Assembly: GCA_015491135.1 (NCBI GenBank)
Contig: WFWK01000070.1
Span: 1-35,953 of the forward strand
Direction: 5' to 3'
From: Patescibacteria group bacterium
GTDB taxonomy: Bacteria > Patescibacteriota > Minisyncoccia > Phycocordibacterales > UBA2100
DNA length: 35,953 nucleotides
The notes below the pieces were generated by a model. The model did no database searches and was not told where the DNA came from. It was given only the letters and a program-made list of their open reading frames with translations. The translations under genes and the position numbers were made by a program. Of this stretch, positions 9,192 to 18,084 are shown piece by piece. Each line of letters begins with the position of its first letter. The first letter of the stretch is position 1.

Positions 9192-11516
9192 ATGACTAAA
9201 AAGGCAAGTACTACTCAAAAAAAGTACCAAAAATTTGTGCCGAAAATACGAAAAAGAGACGGCTCTTTGGTGCCATTTGAGTTTGACAAAATAGCAAGAG
9301 CGATACACAAAGCAATGATAGCTTCCAAAGAAGGCTCGGAGGAAGAAGCCGTATTGGTTGCTCATAAGGTAGTGGCTGACATTGTTCGCATAGCTCGCAA
9401 GTACAAAGATTTTATACCTACGGTTGAAGGAATTCAGGATGAAGTGGAAAGGCAACTAATGCTTTCTGACTATGTAAATACGGCCAAAAATTACATTTTA
9501 TACCGCGCGGAGAGAAATAAGATGCGCGAGCAAAAGCGTATTGAGATTCCAGAGCATGTTCGCAAGCTGGTAAAGGAGAGTAAAAAGTATTTCAAGGACA
9601 ATCCGTTGGGTGAGTTTGTCTATACAAGAACTTACGCGCGCTGGATTCCCGAGGAAAATAGAAGAGAGACATGGATAGAAACAGTTGACAGATACATGTC
9701 TTTCATGAAAGAGAATTTGGGCAAAAAACTGAAAAGTAAAGAGTATGAAGAGTTGCGTGAAGCGATCCTAAAACAGGAAGTTATGCCTTCTATGAGACTT
9801 ATGCAGTTTGCAGGCCCGGCAGCGAGAAGATGTAACGTTGTTGCGTATAACTGTTCATACATTGCCCCCACCAAGCTGACGGATTTTGCCGAAATAATGT
9901 ATCTATCAATGAGCGGAACCGGGGTTGGATTTTCAGTTGAAAGTGATACTGTGCAGAAACTGCCACAGATAAAAAGACAAACGGGAGAAAAATTGCCAAC
10001 ACATGTTGTGGCCGATTCAAAAGAAGGGTGGTGTGACGCTTTGACCGCCGGTTTGAAAGCTTGGTACTCCGGAAAAGATATAGATTTTGATTATTCAAAA
10101 CTGCGCCCCGCAGGAGCGCGCTTAAAGACCATGGGGGGTAAAAGCTCCGGTCCGGATCCTCTTAGAAGTCTTATGCAGTTTGCACGCGAGAGGATTTTAT
10201 CAAGACAGGGTAAGAGACTTCGCAACATAGATGTACATGACATAATTTGTAAAATAGGTGAGGTTGTTGTCGCCGGAGGAACTCGCAGAAGTGCCATGAT
10301 ATCCCTGTCTGATTTGGATGACGAGCTAATGCGCGATGCTAAAAAGGGAGCGTTTTATACCACAGACCCTCACAGAATGATGGCCAACAACTCGGCTATT
10401 TATTTGGAAAAACCGACAGCCAGCCAGTTTTTGGAAGAGTGGCTTGCGCTGGTTAAAAGCGGCTCCGGAGAAAGAGGCATTTTCAACAGAGGATCACTGA
10501 AAAATCAAATCCCGGAGAGAAGACTGGAGTACTTCAGAAAGAAGTTCAAAATCAAAAAGGGCGCCGATGTGGGGCCATTGCCGCTTGGTACGAACCCGTG
10601 TGGCGAGGTGCTGTTGCAATCAAAACAGTTCTGTAACCTCACCGAAGTTATAGCTCGCAAAAAAGACACGGAGAAAACCTTACTTAGGAAAGCGAGATTG
10701 GCCGCCATATTGGGAACTTATCAAGCTTCTCTGACCAACTTTAAGTACCTCTCAAAACAATGGAAAAAGAATGTGGAGGAAGAAGCTTTGCTGGGTGTGT
10801 CAATTACAGGGCAGTGGGATTCACCGGCTGTTAGAAACCCAAAAACTTTAAGAAAAATGAGAGAGATGGTAGTTAAAACAAACCAAGAGTTTGCAAAGCG
10901 TTTTGGCATAAATCCTGCTACCGCCGCCACAAGTATAAAACCGTCAGGAACCGTCTCACAAACATTTGACACTTCCTCGGGAATGCACCCGCGTCATGCG
11001 CAATACTACATAAGACGAATCAGAATTTCGGCAACCGATGCTTTGTTTAAATTAATGAAAGACCAAGGTGTTCCTTATCACCCCGAGGTTGGACAAGATC
11101 CGAAAAATCCGAACACGTATGTGTTGGAGTTTCCGGTTAAAGCACCTGAAGGCTCGGTGTTTAAAGACGATCTGTCAGCTATAGAGCAACTTGAGTACTG
11201 GAAGATGGTTAAGCTAAACTACACGGAGCACAACCCTTCCGTTACCATCTCGGTTGGAGAAGACGAGTGGATTGAAGTTGCAAATTGGCTTTATGAAAAC
11301 TGGGACATACTAGGTGGACTTTCATTCTTGCCTCGCTCTGATTTTGTCTACCAACTTGCTCCATATGAGGAGATAACAAAAGAAGAGTATGAAAAATTAA
11401 AGAAACGCGTAAAAGATATTGACTACGCAAAGCTTATGCTCTATGAGATGGAAGATGAGACAGATGTTAAAAAAGAGCTCGCTTGTGCCGGTGGAGTTTG
11501 TGAGATTGAAATTTAA
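9192..11516 (+). CDS. nrdJ: Class II (adenosylcobalamin-dependent) ribonucleotide reductase with N-terminal ATP cone
   Basis: ATP cone (IRKRDG...FDKIARAI...VEGIQDEVERQL), RTYAR, YNCSY, GTNPCGE, SIKPSGTVS, C-terminal CAGGVC. No beta subunit gene adjacent. Confidence 0.93.
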   Translation: MTKKASTTQKKYQKFVPKIRKRDGSLVPFEFDKIARAIHKAMIASKEGSEEEAVLVAHKVVADIVRIARKYKDFIPTVEGIQDEVERQLMLSDYVNTAKNYILYRAERNKMREQKRIEIPEHVRKLVKESKKYFKDNPLGEFVYTRTYARWIPEENRRETWIETVDRYMSFMKENLGKKLKSKEYEELREAILKQEVMPSMRLMQFAGPAARRCNVVAYNCSYIAPTKLTDFAEIMYLSMSGTGVGFSVESDTVQKLPQIKRQTGEKLPTHVVADSKEGWCDALTAGLKAWYSGKDIDFDYSKLRPAGARLKTMGGKSSGPDPLRSLMQFARERILSRQGKRLRNIDVHDIICKIGEVVVAGGTRRSAMISLSDLDDELMRDAKKGAFYTTDPHRMMANNSAIYLEKPTASQFLEEWLALVKSGSGERGIFNRGSLKNQIPERRLEYFRKKFKIKKGADVGPLPLGTNPCGEVLLQSKQFCNLTEVIARKKDTEKTLLRKARLAAILGTYQASLTNFKYLSKQWKKNVEEEALLGVSITGQWDSPAVRNPKTLRKMREMVVKTNQEFAKRFGINPATAATSIKPSGTVSQTFDTSSGMHPRHAQYYIRRIRISATDALFKLMKDQGVPYHPEVGQDPKNPNTYVLEFPVKAPEGSVFKDDLSAIEQLEYWKMVKLNYTEHNPSVTISVGEDEWIEVANWLYENWDILGGLSFLPRSDFVYQLAPYEEITKEEYEKLKKRVKDIDYAKLMLYEMEDETDVKKELACAGGVCEIEI

Positions 11517-11532
11517 AACCGAAACTAAGTAG

Positions 11533-11568
11533 AAAAACCGCCACCGATTTAGCTTCGGTGGCGGTTTT
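11533..11568. terminator. Bidirectional terminator between convergent nrdJ and rdgB
   Basis: aaaaaccgccaccga-tttagct-tcggtggcggtttt. Confidence 0.85.
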
Positions 11569-11622
11569 ATATTTATAATTGTTTTCAAACAAGCTTTATG
11601 TTGTTTTGGAAATAGGTATTTT

Positions 11623-12183
11623 CTACGATTGCAATTCTTTTATCATTTTTTCAAGCGCCAGCTTGCGCATTGATATACTGTTTTTCTCCTCGGGAGACAT
11701 CTCAGCAAAGGTTTTCTCATATCCGTCGGGTATGAATATAAAATCCCAACCAAATCCGTTATTTCCGGATTTTTCTTTTGATATAACACCTTTCAGCTCC
11801 CCGGTGAAGATGTGTGTTTTTGAGCCGTCAAAAAATGCTACAGCGGTTTTTGCCACAGCTTCTCTTTCTTGTTCGTTTTCAAGCATTTTTAAAATTCCAT
11901 CAACTCCCACTGTAAAGAGGAACCATTTTATAAGCGCTCCCGGGAGTTTATTCCAAGCTGTAAATTCCAAGGAAGAGTCTTCAACCAAAGTTGGTTTTCC
12001 GATCAGTTTGTAAGCTACTTTTGCTTTTTCTTCAACCACTTTTTCTACATCAATTTCTTGTATTTCAGGTAAATCAACCGAGACTGCTTCCAGTTCGGAG
12101 TTTAAAATTTCACTAAACTCTCTCAATTTGTTTTTGTTTCCGGTGGCAAAATATTTTGGAACATATTTATTGTTTGCTTGCAT
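11623..12183 (-). CDS. rdgB: Non-canonical purine NTP pyrophosphatase (Ham1/RdgB)
   Basis: ATGNKNKLRE, VEDSSL, LPGALIKW, GFGWDFIF, EKNSISMR. Confidence 0.93.
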   Translation of the reverse strand: MQANNKYVPKYFATGNKNKLREFSEILNSELEAVSVDLPEIQEIDVEKVVEEKAKVAYKLIGKPTLVEDSSLEFTAWNKLPGALIKWFLFTVGVDGILKMLENEQEREAVAKTAVAFFDGSKTHIFTGELKGVISKEKSGNNGFGWDFIFIPDGYEKTFAEMSPEEKNSISMRKLALEKMIKELQS

Positions 12184-12193
12184 ACTAATTTAG

Positions 12194-12266
12194 AGCCGAG
12201 AACGGGACTCGAACCCGTGACCTACCGCTTACGAAGCGGTTGCTCTACCAACTGAGCTATCTCGGC
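12194..12266 (-). tRNA. tRNA-Thr(CGT)
   Basis: Reverse complement folds as a cloverleaf: GCCGAGA/TCTCGGC acceptor, ACCGC-TT-CGT-AA-GCGGT anticodon arm, GGTTCGAGTCC T-arm. CCA not encoded. Confidence 0.96.
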
Positions 12267-12319
12267 TTAACAAGACTGGTGATTGTAATGGTTTCAAATT
12301 CATGACAAATCAATTTTTG

Positions 12320-12392
12320 AGCCACTGTCCGGGATCGAACCGGAGACCTCACCCTTACCATGGGTGCGCTCTACCTACTGAGCTACAGTGGC
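12320..12392 (-). tRNA. tRNA-Thr(GGT)
   Basis: GCCACTG/CAGTGGC acceptor, CACCC-AT-GGT-AA-GGGTG anticodon arm, GGTTCGATCCC. CCA not encoded. Confidence 0.96.
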
Positions 12393-12459
12393 AACTCAAA
12401 GGTATTTTGCCAAAAATTATAAATTCTGCAACCGACAAAATTACACAAAAAATCAAAAC

Positions 12460-12630
12460 AAAAAAGCGGAGGCATCACATAGGGGTGATACTGTTGCAGA
12501 GCCACTCGAGGAGGTTCTGTGGACGAACCTTCTCTCTGTCCGCACCATCTCAAATGCGGCTGGAGTTACAACAGTGACCCGTAGATGGGTCGCCTCCGCG
12601 AGATTCCGGGATGGCGCCCTCCCGGAACCA
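12460..12630 (-). ncRNA. Candidate structured non-coding RNA of unknown family
   Basis: GC-rich island with seven helices including a perfect four-way junction; minus-strand promoter directly upstream and T-tract directly downstream. Confidence 0.7.
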
Positions 12631-12635
12631 CTTTA

Positions 12636-12684
12636 GTTATAACACACTTCAACATTAAGTCAATACAACAAGTTCGGACCTTGT
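12636..12684 (-). promoter_or_regulatory. Promoter and palindromic site for the candidate ncRNA
   Basis: Minus strand TTGACT (12663-12658), 16 nt, TGt-TATAAC (12641-12636); acaag-ttcggac-cttgt at 12668-12684. Confidence 0.6.
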
Positions 12685-12730
12685 AATTTAAAAAACTGAC
12701 TTCTCTGTTTTTTCATGTTAAAATTATTTT

Positions 12731-13432
12731 ATGGTTATTTTGGAAAAACCTCATCTTGGAAAAAAATTTGAAGTGGTTGTAGATGGGCAAACTTTTAGAC
12801 GTTTTCCGGTTAAAACCAAAGTTATAATGCCGGGCGATAATTTGGCGCAAATAATAGTTGATGAACTGAAAGATATGGCTTCAGACGGAGATGTGATTTT
12901 AGTTGCCGAATCCGCTTTAGCGGCCGATCAAGGCAGAGCAATTCCGGTCGAAAAAATAAAGCCGGGATTTTGGGCGAATTTTTTGACAAAATACATGACA
13001 AAAACTGAAGCCGGAATAGGAGCTTCAGATCCGCTTACCATGCAGGTTGTAATAGATGAAGTTGGTCTTTTTAAAGTTTTGCTTGGCGCATCTGCTGCCG
13101 CGGTTACAAAACCCTTTGGAATTAAAGGTGTTTTTTACAGAATAGTTGGCGATCAAGCTCGTGGAGTTGACGGTCCGGCCGATTATGTTATTCCTCCATA
13201 TAACAGACATGTGGTGCGAAATCCTTTGAATCCGGGGAAATGGGCAAAAGAAGTTGAGGGTATGTTTGACAAAAAAGTTGTCGTTATGGTAATGGATGCA
13301 AATGATTTGGGGGTAAATATTTTAGAGCCTGAGACGGCAGAGCTTGAGAAGCTTGGATTAGAGCTTGCTTTTGATAACCCTCTTGGACAGAGTGACGAGT
13401 CAACTCCCGTTTTGTGGTGCAAAAAACTCTGA
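12731..13432 (+). CDS. CofE-like (F420-0:gamma-glutamyl ligase family) protein
   Basis: PVKTKVIMPGDNL, DGDVILVAESALA..QGR, RGVDG, VMDAND, DNPLGQSDESTPV pattern. Confidence 0.8.
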   Translation: MVILEKPHLGKKFEVVVDGQTFRRFPVKTKVIMPGDNLAQIIVDELKDMASDGDVILVAESALAADQGRAIPVEKIKPGFWANFLTKYMTKTEAGIGASDPLTMQVVIDEVGLFKVLLGASAAAVTKPFGIKGVFYRIVGDQARGVDGPADYVIPPYNRHVVRNPLNPGKWAKEVEGMFDKKVVVMVMDANDLGVNILEPETAELEKLGLELAFDNPLGQSDESTPVLWCKKL

Positions 13433-13483
13433 GGCGCAAAGTTGCAGGGTTTGCAGAATTCCTAAATTATGTAAACTTTCGGT

Positions 13484-14335
13484 ATGAACTCTGATGATAT
13501 CAAGCAAAAACTTAAAGAAATTGAAAAACAAATGAGTGACCCACAGTTTTGGTCTGACCCGCAAAAAGCTCAAGAAGTAGTTGCTGAATATCAAGCGCTA
13601 AAAGAGGGGAAAACCTCTTTTGATAAATACGACAATGGCGGAGCGATAGTTCGTCTTATGTCCGGAGCCGGTGGAGATGATGCAGAAGATTTCACAAAAA
13701 TGCTCTACAGAATGTACACGCGTTTTGTACAAGAGAAAAATTGGGAAATTAAAATTTTGGATGTAAACGAAAGTTCTGCCGGTTTAAGAAGCATATCTTT
13801 TGAAGTTGTGGGAGTTGGCGTTTATGGTGAACTGAAAAACGAAAGCGGTGTGCACAGATTGGTTAGAATATCACCATTTAACGCTCAAGGGAAAAGACAA
13901 ACCAGTTTTGCTATGGTGGAGGTTTTGCCAATTGTCTCAATGTCCGAAGTTTCTCTCAAAGATGAAGATTTGGAGATATCTTTTTCGCGTTCAGGCGGAA
14001 AAGGCGGGCAGAACGTAAACAAAGTTGAAACGGCGGTTAGAATTAAACACATACCGACAGGAATTGTGGTGAAGTGCACAGAAGAGAGAACTCAGCAGAG
14101 AAACAGAGAAAAAGCTCTGCAGATGTTAGCGGGAAAACTTTTTGCGCTTCAACAGGAAAAGCAAAAACAAGAGCAGGAAGAGTATGCAGTTTCAAAAACC
14201 GTTAAAAACGAATGGGGTTCACAAAGGAGAAGCTATATTTTGCATCCTTACAAAAAAGTGAAAGACCATCTGACAGAGAAAGAAACATCGGATGTTGACT
14301 CTGTGCTTGATGGCAATCTCGAGCTTATAAAGTAG
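13484..14335 (+). CDS. prfB: Peptide chain release factor 2 (shortened)
   Basis: [13 protein letters not shown] (SPF tripeptide), [16 protein letters not shown] (GGQ), WGSQRRSY. Confidence 0.93.
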   Translation: MNSDDIKQKLKEIEKQMSDPQFWSDPQKAQEVVAEYQALKEGKTSFDKYDNGGAIVRLMSGAGGDDAEDFTKMLYRMYTRFVQEKNWEIKILDVNESSAGLRSISFEVVGVGVYGELKNESGVHRLVRISPFNAQGKRQTSFAMVEVLPIVSMSEVSLKDEDLEISFSRSGGKGGQNVNKVETAVRIKHIPTGIVVKCTEERTQQRNREKALQMLAGKLFALQQEKQKQEQEEYAVSKTVKNEWGSQRRSYILHPYKKVKDHLTEKETSDVDSVLDGNLELIK

Positions 14336-14361
14336 TTTTTAATTCATGATATAATCCTTGA

Positions 14362-16116
14362 ATGCGAAGACTTTTAAAATACTATTGGCCTCATATTAAA
14401 AAGAGACTCTTTGCTTTTGTTGCCATTTTATTTATCTATGCAATCGGGACAACCTTTTTCAGGCTTGTTTTGCCGATTATTTACAAAAACATAATAGATT
14501 ATATTTCAACTCATGACCCGAAACTTGCATTTACCGGTGTTTTGGCATTGCTTGCATCTTATATTTTCTTTAATTTAATTGCACAGTCGGGATACAGCTC
14601 CGGTAACTATGTAATGTCGACAACACAGAGTAAAATTTTAAAAGACATAGCATTTGACGCTTTTGAGCGACTGCAAAGACACTCTCACACTTTCTTTTCT
14701 AATCAATTTATAGGCTCTCTGGTAGCAAAAGCAAGAAGATATACGGATTCATTTGAAACTTTGCATGACCAGTTTGTTTTTACCTTTTGGTTAAACGGTT
14801 TGCATCTTATCTTTGCAATTTCAGTTTTATGGTATTACACAAAATTTGTTGGGATTTTGTTTTTGGTGTGGTCTGCGCTGTTTATTATCGTTACAAAACT
14901 GATTCTTAACAAAAAAAGAAAACTTGACCTGGCGCATGCCGAGGCTAAATCAAAGACAACCGGTGAGCTTGCAGACATTTTAACCAACATCTTAACGGTA
15001 AAAATGTTTGCAAAAGAAAAATATGAGAAAACAAGATTCAATAAAACTTTAGCTGACGAAGAGACAAAACGCGCAAGAGCATGGAGAATGGGAGACCATC
15101 AAAGACTTTTCCAAGGTGTCTTTACGATGATTTTTCAAGTTTCAGTTTTGGCTTTGTCGGTGTATCTGTGGGGTCTGGGCGAGATTACAGCCGGGGTTGT
15201 GGCCTTGGCTTATATGTATGCAAAAGAAGTTTCCGATTTGGTGTGGAATTTGGGCAGATCAATGGGTCTTACCGTGTCTGCTCTCTCAGATGCGCAGGAG
15301 ATGGTGGACATTTTTGAGATAGAGCCGGATGTAAAAGATCCGGAAAATCCATTACCGTTTACGGTTAAAAAAGGAGATATAGATATTGAGAAAATAAAAT
15401 TCCAATACAGCGACGATGAAAAAAGGGCTATTTTTAACAATTTTTCTCTACACATAAAATCCGGAGAGAAGGTTGGGTTGGTTGGGCATTCCGGCTCAGG
15501 CAAAACAACTCTTGTTAAGTTGCTTTTAAGATTTTTTGATGTTCAAGAAGGAGAGATAAAAATAGACGGGCAAAATATTAAAAATGTCTTGCAAAGTGAT
15601 TTGCGAAAACACATAGGATTTGTTCCGCAAGAGCCCTTGCTTTTTCACAGAAGTATTGCCGAGAATATCGGATATGGAAAGCAAGGAGCTACATTTGATG
15701 AAATAGTTCAAGCGGCAAAATTGGCAAATGCGCATGAGTTTATAGAGCAGTTGCCCGAAGGGTATGACACTTTTGTCGGTGAGCGAGGTGTAAAGTTATC
15801 CGGCGGGCAAAGGCAAAGAATAGCTATAGCAAGAGCCATTCTTAAAGATGCGCCGATTTTGATATTGGATGAGGCAACAAGCGCACTTGACAGTGAAAGT
15901 GAAAAACTGATTCAAGAGGCCCTGCTTAAGCTTATGGAGAACAAAACGGCGATTGTGGTGGCGCACCGTTTAAGTACTATAAAACATTTGGATAGACTTT
16001 TGGTGTTTGAAAACGGTAAAATAATAGAAGAGGGGACACATGAGGAGTTGATAAACAAAGGTGGGAAGTACGCGACATTTTGGAAATATCAGAGTGAATC
16101 ATTGCTCGGAGATTAG
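14362..16116 (+). CDS. ABC exporter, fused permease/ATPase (MsbA/MdlB-like)
   Basis: Six-TM N-terminal half; GHSGSGKT, LSGGQRQR, LILDEATSALD, VAHRLST. Confidence 0.95.
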   Translation: MRRLLKYYWPHIKKRLFAFVAILFIYAIGTTFFRLVLPIIYKNIIDYISTHDPKLAFTGVLALLASYIFFNLIAQSGYSSGNYVMSTTQSKILKDIAFDAFERLQRHSHTFFSNQFIGSLVAKARRYTDSFETLHDQFVFTFWLNGLHLIFAISVLWYYTKFVGILFLVWSALFIIVTKLILNKKRKLDLAHAEAKSKTTGELADILTNILTVKMFAKEKYEKTRFNKTLADEETKRARAWRMGDHQRLFQGVFTMIFQVSVLALSVYLWGLGEITAGVVALAYMYAKEVSDLVWNLGRSMGLTVSALSDAQEMVDIFEIEPDVKDPENPLPFTVKKGDIDIEKIKFQYSDDEKRAIFNNFSLHIKSGEKVGLVGHSGSGKTTLVKLLLRFFDVQEGEIKIDGQNIKNVLQSDLRKHIGFVPQEPLLFHRSIAENIGYGKQGATFDEIVQAAKLANAHEFIEQLPEGYDTFVGERGVKLSGGQRQRIAIARAILKDAPILILDEATSALDSESEKLIQEALLKLMENKTAIVVAHRLSTIKHLDRLLVFENGKIIEEGTHEELINKGGKYATFWKYQSESLLGD

Positions 16117-16274
16117 ACTTGTCCCCAAATAATCACTTTGCTCATTTTGGCAATTTTTAGCTGCGACTTGCTTCGTCAACACTCACCGATGCGCTGCATC
16201 GGCTCGGTTTCCTCAGCGTCGTCTCGCTCAAAAATTGCTCAAAATTCACTTTGTGTTATTTAGGGGCAAGTCTA
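16114..16274. mobile_element. MITE-like element, longest copy (161 bp)
   Basis: tagacttgtccccaaataa / ttatttaggggcaagtcta (17/19 inverted match, TA at both ends), extended imperfect pairing and central hairpin ccgatgc-gct-gcatcgg. Supplies the TAG stop of the upstream CDS. Confidence 0.75.
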
Positions 16275-16328
16275 TTAATTACCCACAACCGTTAAATCTT
16301 TTTTTAAAGTTGTGTTATACTTGTGGCA

Positions 16329-17009
16329 ATGTTGGAGTTTAAAAATGTTACCAAACTCTACAATGGTGGCAGACCTGCCGTTGAAAACGTTAATTTTTCG
16401 GTTGATCCGGGTGAATTTATCTCAATAGTTGGACACTCCGGTGCCGGCAAATCAACTCTTTTGATGATGATTTTGGGTGAAGTTTTTCCCACTAAAGGTG
16501 AAGTTTTGTTTGAAGGCAGAAACATTCCTTCAATGTCTCAAAAAGATATCAAGAATTTACGAAGAAGAATCGGAGTGATTTTCCAAGATTTTAGACTTCT
16601 TCCAAGTAAAACAGTATATGAAAATATAGCTTTTGCCATGGAGGCGGTTGGACAAACGGAGGAAGAAATAATAGCCGATGTACCGCACGTTCTAGAGCTG
16701 GTTGATTTGTATGATAAAAAAGACTACTTTCCTCATGAACTTTCCGGAGGCGAAAGACAAAGAACGGCAATAGCGCGCGCAATAGTAAATCAGCCGGATT
16801 TGATAATAGCCGATGAGCCAACCGGAAACCTTGACCCGATAAACACCTACGAGATTGTGCAAATTCTCAAAAAGATAAACGATCTGGGCACGACAATTAT
16901 TCTGACAACCCACAACAAGGGAGTAATAGACGCGCTCGGAAAAAGGGTTATAACAATGGATTCCGGAAGAATAATAAGAGATGACCATGCGGGGCATTAC
17001 AGTTTATAA
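16329..17009 (+). CDS. ftsE: Cell division ATP-binding protein FtsE
   Basis: GHSGAGKST, LRRRIGVIFQDFRLL, LSGGERQR, ADEPTGNLDP; upstream of ftsX. ATG 16329 preferred over GTG 16323 because it lies 7 nt after TGt-TATACT. Confidence 0.95.
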   Translation: MLEFKNVTKLYNGGRPAVENVNFSVDPGEFISIVGHSGAGKSTLLMMILGEVFPTKGEVLFEGRNIPSMSQKDIKNLRRRIGVIFQDFRLLPSKTVYENIAFAMEAVGQTEEEIIADVPHVLELVDLYDKKDYFPHELSGGERQRTAIARAIVNQPDLIIADEPTGNLDPINTYEIVQILKKINDLGTTIILTTHNKGVIDALGKRVITMDSGRIIRDDHAGHYSL

Positions 17010-17109
17010 TGGACTTATTCCCAAACAAGCACCTTGTTTACCGAGCCCTAAATTTATTTAGGGCTCGGTTGCCTAAAATGCACTTTGTGTTGTTTGGGAA
17101 CAAGTCCAT
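17009..17109. mobile_element. MITE-like element (101 bp) between ftsE and ftsX
   Basis: atggacttattcccaaacaa / ttgtttgggaacaagtccat (19/20 inverted match); internal hairpin accgagccctaaa-ttta-tttagggctcggt. Confidence 0.75.
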
Positions 17110-17129
17110 GTTATAATTAAAGCAAGTTT

Positions 17130-18059
17130 ATGAGCATGTGGATAGGAATAAAAAGAGTTGTAAGAAATGGGGTTATAGGTTTTTTGCGCAACGGTTTTGT
17201 TTCTCTGGCATCAATTTTTATTATCTCCATAACACTTTTTTCCATAGTCGGTGTTATTTTTACAAACGCCGCCTTAAAAGCTGTGCTTGAGCAGTTGGAA
17301 CAAAAAGTAGATATAAATATTTATTTTGTTCCGGATGCTCCAGAGAGTGAAATTCAAAAACTGAAAGCCACACTTGAAAAACAACCTGAAGTTGCCGAGG
17401 TTATCTACATGTCAAAAGATGAGGCCTTGGCGCGTTTTCGCGAAAGACATAAAGACGACCCTGCAACACTTAAAGCTTTAGACGAGTTAGATTCAAACCC
17501 ACTTGGAGCATCGCTTGCAATTCGCGCAAAAGAGATAGGGCAGTATGAAAGTATTGCCAAGTTTTTGGAGGGAAAAACGGAGCTTGAAGCAAATCAAACA
17601 CCTCTTATAGAGCATATAAACTTCTTTAAAAACAAGCCTGTCATAGATAGATTGATTGAGATATCAAAAAGCGCAAAAAGACTGGGGATAGCATTGACGG
17701 TAATTTTGATTTTTGCATCTTTTGTGATTGTGTTTAACACTATAAGACTTGCCATATTCTCGGCCAAAGATGAAATAAGTGTTATGAAGCTGGTTGGAGC
17801 TTCCAACTGGTATGCAAGAGGGCCTTTTGTGATTGAAGCTTCTTTGTATGGGTTTGTCTCCGGGTTGCTGGTTTATGCAATTTCATATCCCATAGCGGTT
17901 TGGCTGGGGCCAGCTTCATATAAATTTTTCGGTAATTTCAGTACGGAAATGTTTTTCGAAGAACACGCACTGTGGCTTTTTGTTGTAACTGTAGGCTCAG
18001 GTGTTCTTTTGGGAGCGATATCAAGTTATTTTGCGGCAAGGAGATATTTAAAGGTTTAG
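17130..18059 (+). CDS. ftsX: Cell division permease FtsX
   Basis: TM1, large extracellular loop (SKDEALARF, NPLGASL), NTIRLAI...EISVMKLVGA...GPFVIE. Confidence 0.95.
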   Translation: MSMWIGIKRVVRNGVIGFLRNGFVSLASIFIISITLFSIVGVIFTNAALKAVLEQLEQKVDINIYFVPDAPESEIQKLKATLEKQPEVAEVIYMSKDEALARFRERHKDDPATLKALDELDSNPLGASLAIRAKEIGQYESIAKFLEGKTELEANQTPLIEHINFFKNKPVIDRLIEISKSAKRLGIALTVILIFASFVIVFNTIRLAIFSAKDEISVMKLVGASNWYARGPFVIEASLYGFVSGLLVYAISYPIAVWLGPASYKFFGNFSTEMFFEEHALWLFVVTVGSGVLLGAISSYFAARRYLKV

Positions 18060-18084
18060 TTTATTTATAAGTTAAAGAGTGCGC

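Noticed and set aside
12194..12266. Reading the tRNA as Tyr(GTA)
   Set aside because: The stem ACCGC/GCGGT centres the 7-nt loop TTCGTAA on CGT, and there is no long variable arm.
12460..12630. Identification as tmRNA, RNase P RNA, SRP RNA, 6S RNA or an intron-containing tRNA
   Set aside because: No TTCGA T-loop or CCA end, no GAGGAAAGTCC, no SRP helix-8 motif, and branched rather than rod-shaped; left unassigned pending an Rfam search.
12302..12636. ORFs 12302-12577 and 12388-12636
   Set aside because: Antisense to or overlapping tRNA-Thr and the structured region; base-pairing explains the sequence better than coding.
13433..13484. Upstream frameshifted first segment of prfB
   Set aside because: No upstream ORF or CTT-TGA slippery site; the spacer is 51 nt and contains a -10 box.
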